Shown here: one piece after another, positions 20,542 to 28,355 of the stretch
Position numbering within the stretch: the first letter of the stretch is position 1
Layout of the letters: each line of letters begins with the position of its first letter
DNA from: Gemmatimonadota bacterium
GTDB lineage: Bacteria > Gemmatimonadota > Gemmatimonadetes > Longimicrobiales > Gaopeijiaceae
DNA length: 61,343 nucleotides
NCBI GenBank assembly: GCA_039589315.1
Contig: JBDHHQ010000029.1
Coordinates: 1 to 61,343 of the forward strand
Reading direction: 5' to 3'
Notes under the pieces: generated by a model
The model's database searches: none
The model's input: the letters and a program-made list of their open reading frames with translations, nothing else
Told to the model about the DNA's origin: nothing
Made by a program: the position numbers and the translations under genes

Positions 20542-21557
20542 GAGATATTCGACTTGAACTTACTGCCTCACCTCATCTTAAGGCTCCTGACACAACGGGC
20601 GGCATCATGTGGTCCGTGGTGGGCAGCCTCGTACCGGTCGTGGCGGCAGCGGTGTGGTTCTTCGGTCCCAGCGCGATCCTCGTGATCGGCGCCGCCACCG
20701 CGGGTGCGCTGGTGACGGAGCGCCTGTTCGGTCGGGCCGGAACGCTCGGCGACGGCTCCGCCGTGATCACCGGTCTCCTGCTGGGGCTCACCCTTCCGCC
20801 GGGCATCCCCATGTGGATGGCGTTCCTGGGTGGAGTGTTCGGCGTGGGGTTCGGGAAGCTGCTCTTCGGCGGGCTGGGACAGAACGTGTTCAACCCCGCT
20901 CTGGTGGGACGCGCCTTCCTCCAGGCGGCATTCCCCATCGCCATCACCACTTGGCCCGCCACGGACGGGCGCTGGAGCGCGCTCCGAGGCGACAACTTCG
21001 CGCTGCCGCTCATGAGCCCGGCGCCTCCCGACGGCGTGGCGGCCGCGACCCCGCTGGGCGCCTGGAAGTTCGAGCTGGCGTCCACCGAGCTGCCGGGCTT
21101 GATGATGGGCACAACGGGCGGCTCGTTGGGCGAGACTGCCGGCCTGTTGATTCTGGTCTGCGGCGCGTATCTGGCGCTCCGCAAGCACCTGAACTGGCGG
21201 ATCCCTGTGAGCATCCTTGCCACCGTGGCGGTGCTGTCCGAGGCGCTCCACCTGATCGACCCTGCCCGGTTCCAGGGAGCCGGGTTCATGCTGTTCTCCG
21301 GCGGGCTGATGTTGGGCGCGGTCTACATGGCCACGGACATGGTCACGTCGCCCGTGACCAACGCCGGAGCCTGGATCTTCGGTCTGGGGATCGGCGTGCT
21401 CGTCGTGGTGATCCGCGTCTGGGGTGGTCTGCCCGAGGGCGTCATGTACGCCATCCTGTTCATGAACGCCCTGGTTCCGTTCATCAACCGCGCGACCCAG
21501 CCCCGGGTGTTCGGGCACCCACGAAGAGAGGCCCGGGTCGGGGAGGCTGCCGCATGA
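20538..21557 (+). CDS. rnfD: Rnf complex subunit D
   Basis: SPH, GGLGQNVFNPALVGRAF, AATPL (FMN Thr), GSLGET, MATDMVTSP, PEGVMYAIL. Confidence 0.95.
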   Translation: MRDIRLELTASPHLKAPDTTGGIMWSVVGSLVPVVAAAVWFFGPSAILVIGAATAGALVTERLFGRAGTLGDGSAVITGLLLGLTLPPGIPMWMAFLGGVFGVGFGKLLFGGLGQNVFNPALVGRAFLQAAFPIAITTWPATDGRWSALRGDNFALPLMSPAPPDGVAAATPLGAWKFELASTELPGLMMGTTGGSLGETAGLLILVCGAYLALRKHLNWRIPVSILATVAVLSEALHLIDPARFQGAGFMLFSGGLMLGAVYMATDMVTSPVTNAGAWIFGLGIGVLVVVIRVWGGLPEGVMYAILFMNALVPFINRATQPRVFGHPRREARVGEAAA

Positions 21558-22396
21558 GCGAGCGCACGCTCCCAACGGTGGGCGAGAACGCCGGTGGACC
21601 GCCGCCACCCCCCGAGCGGGACGACCCCCCTGCGCTGCGGCTGCTCGGGACGCTCGGCGTGGCGGGAGCGCTGGCCGGCCTGCTGCTCGTGATGGTCCAC
21701 CAGTGGACCCAGCCCCGCATCCTCGCGCACCAGGCGGCAGTCCTGGAGGCAGCCATCCAGGAGGTCCTGAGTGGTCCGGAGCGGTACGAGACCCTGTTCG
21801 TCGTGGACGGGGCCCTGACGGCTGAGCTCCCGTCCGGCGTGGACTCCCTGGCCGTGGAGCGAGTCTTCGTGGGCTACGACGCGGGCGGCCAACCGGTGGG
21901 CGTGGCCATTCCGGGAGCCAAGCCCGGCTTCCAGGACGTGATCCGCTTGATCTTCGGCTTCGACCCCAGCACGGACGCGGTTCTCGGCATGAAGGTCCTC
22001 GAGAGCAAGGAGACGCCTGGTCTGGGCGACAAGATCGAGAAGGACTCCTCGTTCGTGGGGGGCTTCGCGGGCGTGCTGGCGCCGCTCCTCGGCGTCAAAG
22101 CCGGCGCAGGGACCGGCGACCCCCACGAGATCGACATGATCACGGGCGCCACGATCTCGTCCCGGACCATCATCACCATCATCAACGAACGGGTGGACGA
22201 GCTGGCGCCGGAGCTCCGCGCATACGCGGCGGCCACCTGGGCGAGGGCGGCAGAGTCCCAAGAGGAGCTGATGGGAGACGAATCCGTGGGCGACAGCGGC
22301 GGGCCCCCTCCGCGCTTGGGGCCGGAGGGCCAGGGAGCGAGCCGCTCCGGGGCCAACGGCGCCGCACCGACCGGCGGCGACGGAGGCGGCCCATGA
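21554..22396 (+). CDS. rnfG: Rnf complex subunit G
   Basis: Single TM helix, ETPGLGDKI, ITGATISS FMN-binding motif; Gly-rich C-terminal tail. Confidence 0.92.
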   Translation: MSERTLPTVGENAGGPPPPPERDDPPALRLLGTLGVAGALAGLLLVMVHQWTQPRILAHQAAVLEAAIQEVLSGPERYETLFVVDGALTAELPSGVDSLAVERVFVGYDAGGQPVGVAIPGAKPGFQDVIRLIFGFDPSTDAVLGMKVLESKETPGLGDKIEKDSSFVGGFAGVLAPLLGVKAGAGTGDPHEIDMITGATISSRTIITIINERVDELAPELRAYAAATWARAAESQEELMGDESVGDSGGPPPRLGPEGQGASRSGANGAAPTGGDGGGP

Positions 22397-23055
22397 GACC
22401 CACCACGCCGTCGTACGACCTGCTCCGGGGAGTGTGGCGCGAGAACCCGGTCCTGGTCCAGCTCCTGGGCCTCTGCCCGGCGCTGGCCGTGACCAACACG
22501 GTGGCCAACAGCCTGGCCATGGGGCTGGCCACGTTCTTCGTGTTGCTGGGCTCGAGCCTGCTGGTGTCGCTCCTCAAGAACGTGATCCCCCACGAGGTGC
22601 GGATCAGCGCCTACATCCTGATCATCGCCACCTTCGTGACCATCGCGGACATGGTGCTCGCGGCCGTCGTGCCCGACATCCACAAGGCCCTCGGTGCGTT
22701 CATCGCGCTGATCGTCGTGAACTGCATGATCCTGGGCCGCCAGGAGGCATTCGCCTCGAAGCGGCCCGTGGGCAGGGCGCTCCTGGACGCGGTGGGGACC
22801 GGCGTCGGCTTCATCGTTGCCCTGGTCATGCTGGGCGGAATCCGGGAGGTCCTGGGCAACGGGTCGTTCCTGGGCGTCCCCTTGTTCGGCGCCAACTACG
22901 AGCCGTGGATCATCATGATCCTGCCGCCGGGCGGGTTCTTCACGCTGGGCTTCATTCTGCTGGGGTTCGGCTGGTGGCGGACCCGGAAGGAGCAGCCGGC
23001 GGTGAGAGAGTGGCCCCACGGCGTCGGGGCGCAGACCGAGAGGAGCGCAGCGTGA
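22393..23055 (+). CDS. rnfE: Rnf complex subunit E
   Basis: ENPVLVQLLGLCPALAVT, LIVVNCMILGR, LPPGGF. Confidence 0.95.
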   Translation: MRPTTPSYDLLRGVWRENPVLVQLLGLCPALAVTNTVANSLAMGLATFFVLLGSSLLVSLLKNVIPHEVRISAYILIIATFVTIADMVLAAVVPDIHKALGAFIALIVVNCMILGRQEAFASKRPVGRALLDAVGTGVGFIVALVMLGGIREVLGNGSFLGVPLFGANYEPWIIMILPPGGFFTLGFILLGFGWWRTRKEQPAVREWPHGVGAQTERSAA

Positions 23056-23630
23056 TGGGCGACCTCTTCTGGATCCTCGTCTCGGCCATGCTGGTCAACA
23101 ACTTCACGCTGGCCCTCTTCCTCGGCCTCTGCCCGTTCATGGGGGTTTCGGCAAGGGTGGAGACGGCCCTCAGGATGGGCGGCGCCAACATCTTCGTGCT
23201 GGTCATCACGTCGTTGGTCGCGTGGGTGCTGAACACGTTCGTGCTGTCCTATGCCCCGTACCTCCGGCTGATCTCGTTCATCGTGGTGATCGCGTCGTTG
23301 GTGCAGATCGTGGAGATGACCATCAAGAAGGTGAGCCCCGCCCTCTTCCGGGAGCTGGGGATCTACCTGCCGCTGATCACGACCAACTGCGCGATCCTGG
23401 GTCTCGCCATCTTCCAGACCAACCGGGGGTACGGGCTGCTCGAGGGACTCTTCTTCGCCATCGGTGCGGGTCTGGGTCTGACTCTGGCGTTGGTGCTCAT
23501 GGCGTCGATCCGGGAGACGTCGGAGTTGGCCAGCGTGCCGGCTCTGGCGAAGGGGATGGGGCTCGTGCTCATCATTGCTGGCACGCTCTCGCTCGCGTTC
23601 CAAGGCTTCGCCGGTCTGTTCAGCACATGA
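23052..23630 (+). CDS. rnfA: Rnf complex subunit A
   Basis: VNNFTLALFLGLCPF, LPLITTNCAILG, FQGFAG; GTGA overlap with rnfE (ATG 23055 is an alternative start). Confidence 0.95.
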   Translation: MMGDLFWILVSAMLVNNFTLALFLGLCPFMGVSARVETALRMGGANIFVLVITSLVAWVLNTFVLSYAPYLRLISFIVVIASLVQIVEMTIKKVSPALFRELGIYLPLITTNCAILGLAIFQTNRGYGLLEGLFFAIGAGLGLTLALVLMASIRETSELASVPALAKGMGLVLIIAGTLSLAFQGFAGLFST

Positions 23631-23779
23631 TTGCCGCGCTCGGAAGCATCGTGGTCATGGCCGGGCTGTTCGTGGCTTTCGCCTGGATCCAGCACCGCCC
23701 CGGTTGTTCGGGGAGCTGCGGGAGCTGCACCGTGGGAACGTGCGAGCTGGAGGAGACGGATAGCGCGGATCGCCGGTAG
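23627..23779 (+). CDS. Small (50 aa) Cys-rich membrane protein
   Basis: ATGA overlap with rnfA; one TM helix followed by GCSGSCGSCTVGTC. Confidence 0.7.
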   Translation: MIAALGSIVVMAGLFVAFAWIQHRPGCSGSCGSCTVGTCELEETDSADRR

Positions 23780-23908
23780 TGGCACGTGAGGATCGCCCAA
23801 CGAGATTCGCCAGAGGCAGGAGCGCCGGATCACTCGCCGGCCAACGTCGCGGCGACACCGGCAGACCGGACGTTCGGAAGTCGGAAACGGACCTGTAAGG
23901 AGGACGAG

Positions 23909-24298
23909 ATGGAAGAACAACGGCACACCTACTGCTCCCAATGCGAGAAGCAGGTCCGCTTCGTTCTCACCAAGGCCTCATACGGGGGGCACGCGAATCT
24001 GCCCGACGACAGCCAACTCGTGTGTCTCGACTTCGGGCAGTCGTGTACCGGCGACGTGTGTCCGCTGTCCGGTTTACCCGCCCTCGTGATGGGGGTACGC
24101 CTGGCGCGGAGCGAGGAGCCGAGGACCGAACCCTGGCACACGGTGCACGCCCTGTGCGATGGCTGTGAGAATGTGGCGGATCTCGAAGTCCTGGATGAGG
24201 GCCACGCCTTCTGTCCCATCTGCAAGACCACGAACACGCTTGTCATGATCCATATGGACGACGGCAGCTACGTGGCGGCGACACGGAAGGGGTCGTAG
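23909..24298 (+). CDS. Cys-rich putative metal-binding protein
   Basis: Strong TAAGGAGG RBS; CSQC, C-x6-C-x4-C, CDGC, CPIC. Confidence 0.75.
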   Translation: MEEQRHTYCSQCEKQVRFVLTKASYGGHANLPDDSQLVCLDFGQSCTGDVCPLSGLPALVMGVRLARSEEPRTEPWHTVHALCDGCENVADLEVLDEGHAFCPICKTTNTLVMIHMDDGSYVAATRKGS

Positions 24299-24319
24299 TC
24301 GGGGGCTGACGGAGGTCCC

Positions 24320-24886
24320 ATGACCGGTGACGGCCCGCCCCACCGGCGGGAGCGGAGCCTGGGACCCACCGTCACGGCCATCGCCGGCTTGGCCGTCACG
24401 ATCGGGGCCGTCGGGGCGTGCGCCTCCGGCCTCCAGCCGCCGTCCGTGGACATCGTCCGGGTCCGGGTCGGGGCCCTGGGACTCACGGCCGGAGAGGCCC
24501 GAGTCTCCCTGCGGGTCGCCAATCCGAACACTCGAGGCATCCGGCTCCACAACGTCGACTACGCCGTGGACGTGGCTTCGAGCGCCGACGCCGGGAGCTG
24601 GGTCCTGCTGGGGGAAGGCGTCACGGAGGCCGGCATCGTGCTGCCTCCGGAGGATACGGTCGAAATCGAGATCGATCTGCCATTCAACTACACGGCCGTC
24701 GGAGCGGCGCTGAGATCGCTCTTCCTCCGGGGCGAGGTGGACTATCGGGTCCGTGGACTCGTCCGGACGGACGGCCCTCTGGGCAACGTGCACGTCCCGT
24801 TCGAGTCGAGTGGTCGGCTCGCGCCCTTCGGATCCCCAGAGCCAGCCATTCCCCGAGCGGGGGGCCCCGGCCGCGGCGGCGGCTAG
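24320..24886 (+). CDS. LEA type 2 (WHy domain) lipoprotein
   Basis: Lipobox-like VGAC, LRVANPN, VDYAV, VDYRVRG; GGAGG RBS. Confidence 0.82.
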   Translation: MTGDGPPHRRERSLGPTVTAIAGLAVTIGAVGACASGLQPPSVDIVRVRVGALGLTAGEARVSLRVANPNTRGIRLHNVDYAVDVASSADAGSWVLLGEGVTEAGIVLPPEDTVEIEIDLPFNYTAVGAALRSLFLRGEVDYRVRGLVRTDGPLGNVHVPFESSGRLAPFGSPEPAIPRAGGPGRGGG

Positions 24887-25296
24887 CACCGGGCCTTCTT
24901 GAGCCGGTCCAGGTCGTCGGCCGACTGCTCGAAGTCCGGGTCCAGCTGCCGCGAAGCCTCGAGCTCCCGGAGGGCCTCGTCGATCCTTCCCTGTTGCTCC
25001 AGAACGAGGGCCAGACGCCACCGTGCGGCAGCCTCTGAGGGGTTCCCTTGGCCGCGGTCGCCCATCTCGATGTACTCGCGAAGGTACCGCTCGCCTTCGT
25101 CGAGCCGGTCGCCGGACAGGGCCGCGTTGCGGCCGAGCTGATAGCGGGCGCCTGGGTCGTCCGGCCAACGCGCCAACAGCACCTCCAAGGTTCGCCGGGC
25201 ACCATCGAACTCGCCGAGCCGCTGTTGGGCGTACGCTTTCGAGGTGGGCCCGGCCGAGGAAGTACGCCGCGGACGCGTCCTCGGGGTCGGACGCAT
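24883..25296 (-). pseudogene. TPR protein remnant with internal deletions
   Basis: TPR units ARYQLGR and ARWRLALVLEQQGR; a further TPR piece DPEDASAAYFLGRAHLE lies in a different frame just after the ATG. Confidence 0.6.
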
Positions 25297-25370
25297 CTTC
25301 GTGGCCTCCTCTCCTCACCCCCTGCGGCGCTCGTGTGCGCGCCTAGTGGCCCGCCGATCACACCTCGACA

Positions 25371-25420
25371 GGTGCCTATCTATACGATGCAGTATATATA
25401 CTGAACGATATAAATACCAG
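25371..25420. promoter_or_regulatory. AT-rich island with perfect 14-bp palindrome CAGTATATATACTG
   Basis: Palindrome at 25390-25403 within a wider imperfect inverted repeat, upstream of the TPR gene. Confidence 0.55.
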
Positions 25421-25461
25421 GCTCACCCTTGGACGGTATGTGCGGAGGGGCCAGATGAAGC

Positions 25462-26517
25462 CTACCGGTACCGGTCCATCAGATTCGAGAGGGCCTCGGA
25501 ACCGGGGCACAGCTCCTCGAAGGGCACCTCCACGAGGGGCGTGTCCACCGTGCCGTTCCGGCCGTGGTAGTCGTCTCCCGACTCGGACAGGTACAGGAGA
25601 CCGGTCACCACGGCACCGTCCCTCGACAGCTCGCGGTAGCGGGTCCAGGCGGCGGCGGCGTCGGTGGGATCCCAATCGGGCCCTACCTGCTTGAACCGGA
25701 CCAGGCTGCCGTCGTGCATGGGCACGATCGTCAGCGCGCCCTCCTCCACGTCGGCCGTGATCTCGTCCTTCATGGGCACGAAGTCCACCGGCGCCACGTC
25801 CATGTAGCGCTCGCGCGTGTACAGGTAGCTCTTCGTGGACCCCTCGTGGTTGTTGAAGGTGACGCACGGAGAGATCACGTCGAGGAACGCGAACCCGTTG
25901 TGGCTCACGGCGGCCTTGATCAAGGGAAGCAGGTGTGCCTTGTCGCCGGAGAAGGACCGTCCGACGAACGTCGCGCCCAGGCTGAGGGCCAGTAGGATCG
26001 GGTCGATGGGCTCCTGGGTGTTGACGTCCCCGCGCTTGGACTTGGACCCGACGTCGGCCGACGCCGAGAACTGACCCTTGGTCAACCCGTAGACCCCGTT
26101 GTTCTCCAGGACGTACAGCATGTTCACGTTGCGCCGGATGGCGTGACAGAACTGGCCGAGGCCGATGGACAGGGAGTCGCCGTCTCCCGAGACGCCGATG
26201 CACACCAGGTCGCTGCGGGCCGCGTTGGCGCCGGTGGCCAGAGCGGGCATGCGTCCGTGGACGCCGTTGAAGCCGTGGGCGTCCTGCATGAGATACGTCG
26301 GTGTCTTGCCGGAGCACCCGATGCCGCTGAGCTTCATCGCTCGGTGCGGCTCGATGTTGAGCTCGAAGAACGACTGGACGAGAGCCGCCGTCACGGAGTC
26401 GTGCCCGCACCCGGCACAGAGCGTGGACATGGCGCCTTCGTAGTCGCGGCGCGTGAGGCCGACCGCGTTGGTCTCGATGTCCGGATGCAGGACCTTGGGC
26501 TTGACCGTGGGGCTCAT
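25462..26517 (-). CDS. korB: 2-oxoglutarate/2-oxoacid:ferredoxin oxidoreductase beta subunit
   Basis: LCAGCGHD, SGIGCSGK, HGRMP, GDGDS, NNGVYGLTKGQFS, SPCVTFN. Confidence 0.88.
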   Translation of the reverse strand: MSPTVKPKVLHPDIETNAVGLTRRDYEGAMSTLCAGCGHDSVTAALVQSFFELNIEPHRAMKLSGIGCSGKTPTYLMQDAHGFNGVHGRMPALATGANAARSDLVCIGVSGDGDSLSIGLGQFCHAIRRNVNMLYVLENNGVYGLTKGQFSASADVGSKSKRGDVNTQEPIDPILLALSLGATFVGRSFSGDKAHLLPLIKAAVSHNGFAFLDVISPCVTFNNHEGSTKSYLYTRERYMDVAPVDFVPMKDEITADVEEGALTIVPMHDGSLVRFKQVGPDWDPTDAAAAWTRYRELSRDGAVVTGLLYLSESGDDYHGRNGTVDTPLVEVPFEELCPGSEALSNLMDRYR

Positions 26518-28355
26518 GCGCCCTCCTCCACCAGCGAGCCCTCCGGTCCGACGGGCTCGAGGCCTTGCTTGAAGCGTTGCGTCATGACGCCGTCGATGAC
26601 GTGGGCGGCGCTCATGGGGAATCCGCCGTAGTACCGGATCGAGTGCACCGTCTCCGGGTCGGCGGCGGCTTCGAGGATCAGCAACGAGCGGAGCTGGCCG
26701 TCCCGGTTCTGCTCCAGCACGAAGCACTGCTCGTGCTCCGCCAGGAACGTGGCGACCGCGGAGTGGAACGGGAAGCCCCGGACGCGCAGGTAGTCCAGGA
26801 CGATGCCCCGGGCGGCGAGCAGCTCTACGGCCTCCCGGGCCGCGGCGTCACAACCGCCCAGCGTGATCAGGCCCATGGTGGCGCCCTCCCGAGTCTCGAC
26901 CACCGGAGCGGCGACCCGGTCCGCCGCGCCGTCCACCTTGGCCCGGAGTCGGTTCACGACCTCCAGATACTCGTCCGAGTCCTCCGTGTACCCGCCCAGC
27001 CTGTTGTGGCCCGAGCCTCGGGCGAAGTAGGCACCCTTGGGATGGACGCCGGGCAGGGTTCGGGCGGCGATGCCGTCCCCGTCCACGTCCACGTAGCGGA
27101 AGTACCGGTCGATGGACTCGAGCTCCTCGGCGGTGAGGACCTTGCCTCGGTCGGGTCGATAGTCGTCGTCCCATTCGAAGCGGCGGCACATCCAGTCGTT
27201 CATGCCGATGTCCAGATCCGAGACCACGAACACCGGCGTCTGATACCGCTCCGCAAGATCGAACGCCTTCACGGCCATCTCGAAGCACTCGCGCGGATCC
27301 GCCGGGAAGAGCACGATATGCTTCGTGTCCCCATGGGAGGCGTAGGCCGAGAGCATGATGTCGCCCTGCTGCGTACGGGTGGGCATGCCCGTGGAGGGAC
27401 CGGTGCGTTGGACGTTGAAGAAGACGGACGGGATCTCGGCGTAGTAGGCGAGACCGATGAACTCGCTCATGAGCGAGATCCCCGGTCCGCTCGTGGGCGT
27501 GAATGCCCGAGCCCCGGCCCAACCGGCCCCGATCACCACGCCGGCCGCGGCCAGCTCGTCCTCGGCCTGCACGATGGCGTAGCGCTTGTCGCCGGTCTCG
27601 GGATCCGTCCGATACCGGCCGCAGAAGGCCGTGAAGGCGTCCATGAGCGAGGTGGACGGTGTGATGGGATACCATGCCCCCACCGTCGCCCCGGCGTACA
27701 CGCACCCCAGCGCGGCGGCCGTGTTGCCGTCGATGAGGATCTGGTCCCCCGTCTTGTCCAGCGTCTCCAGCCGGATCGGCAAGGGGCAGTCGAAGTGCTC
27801 CTGGGCGTAGTCGTAGCCCAGCTTGATGGCCAGGTAGTTCGAGTCTATCAGCGCCGGCTTGCGGGAGAACTTCTCCCGAATCATCTGCTGGATCACCTCC
27901 GTGTCCATGTCCAGCAGCGCGGCGATGGCGCCGGCATAGGAGATGTTCTTCATCAGGACCCGCTCGCGGACGGCCTTGAAGTTCTCGACGCCCAGGCGGC
28001 CGAACGGGACGCCGAGGAACCCAACGTCCGCCCTGAGCAGCTCGTCCTCGAGAGGCCAGGAGTTGTCGTAGAGGATCCAGCCCCCGGACCTGACCTCCGC
28101 GATGTCCTTCTCGATCGTCGCGCGATTCATGGCCACGATCAGGTCGAAGATCGGGGTGCGCGCGGTATGACCGGCGCCGCTGACGCGGATCTCGTACCAA
28201 GTGGGGAGCCCCTGGATATTCGAGGGGAAGACGTTCTTCCCCGAGACGGGGATCCCCATGCGGAAAATGGCCTGCATGATCAGGCTGTTGGCGCTGGACG
28301 AGCCTGTGCCGTTGACCGTCCCGATCTTGAAGGCGAAATCGTTGATCTGGCTCAC
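26514..28355 (-). CDS. korA: 2-oxoglutarate/2-oxoacid:ferredoxin oxidoreductase alpha subunit
   Basis: VNGTGS, FPSNIQGLPTW, WYPITPST, QAEDELAA, TSGPG, QRTGPSTGMPT. Confidence 0.88.
   Translation of the reverse strand: MSQINDFAFKIGTVNGTGSSSANSLIMQAIFRMGIPVSGKNVFPSNIQGLPTWYEIRVSGAGHTARTPIFDLIVAMNRATIEKDIAEVRSGGWILYDNSWPLEDELLRADVGFLGVPFGRLGVENFKAVRERVLMKNISYAGAIAALLDMDTEVIQQMIREKFSRKPALIDSNYLAIKLGYDYAQEHFDCPLPIRLETLDKTGDQILIDGNTAAALGCVYAGATVGAWYPITPSTSLMDAFTAFCGRYRTDPETGDKRYAIVQAEDELAAAGVVIGAGWAGARAFTPTSGPGISLMSEFIGLAYYAEIPSVFFNVQRTGPSTGMPTRTQQGDIMLSAYASHGDTKHIVLFPADPRECFEMAVKAFDLAERYQTPVFVVSDLDIGMNDWMCRRFEWDDDYRPDRGKVLTAEELESIDRYFRYVDVDGDGIAARTLPGVHPKGAYFARGSGHNRLGGYTEDSDEYLEVVNRLRAKVDGAADRVAAPVVETREGATMGLITLGGCDAAAREAVELLAARGIVLDYLRVRGFPFHSAVATFLAEHEQCFVLEQNRDGQLRSLLILEAAADPETVHSIRYYGGFPMSAAHVIDGVMTQRFKQGLEPVGPEGSLVEEGA

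Noticed and set aside
23780..23796. Sigma-54 promoter TGGCACG
   Set aside because: No TTGC/GC at the required -12 spacing
25390..25403. LexA SOS box
   Set aside because: Arms are CAGT/ACTG with a 6-nt spacer, not CTGT-N8-ACAG
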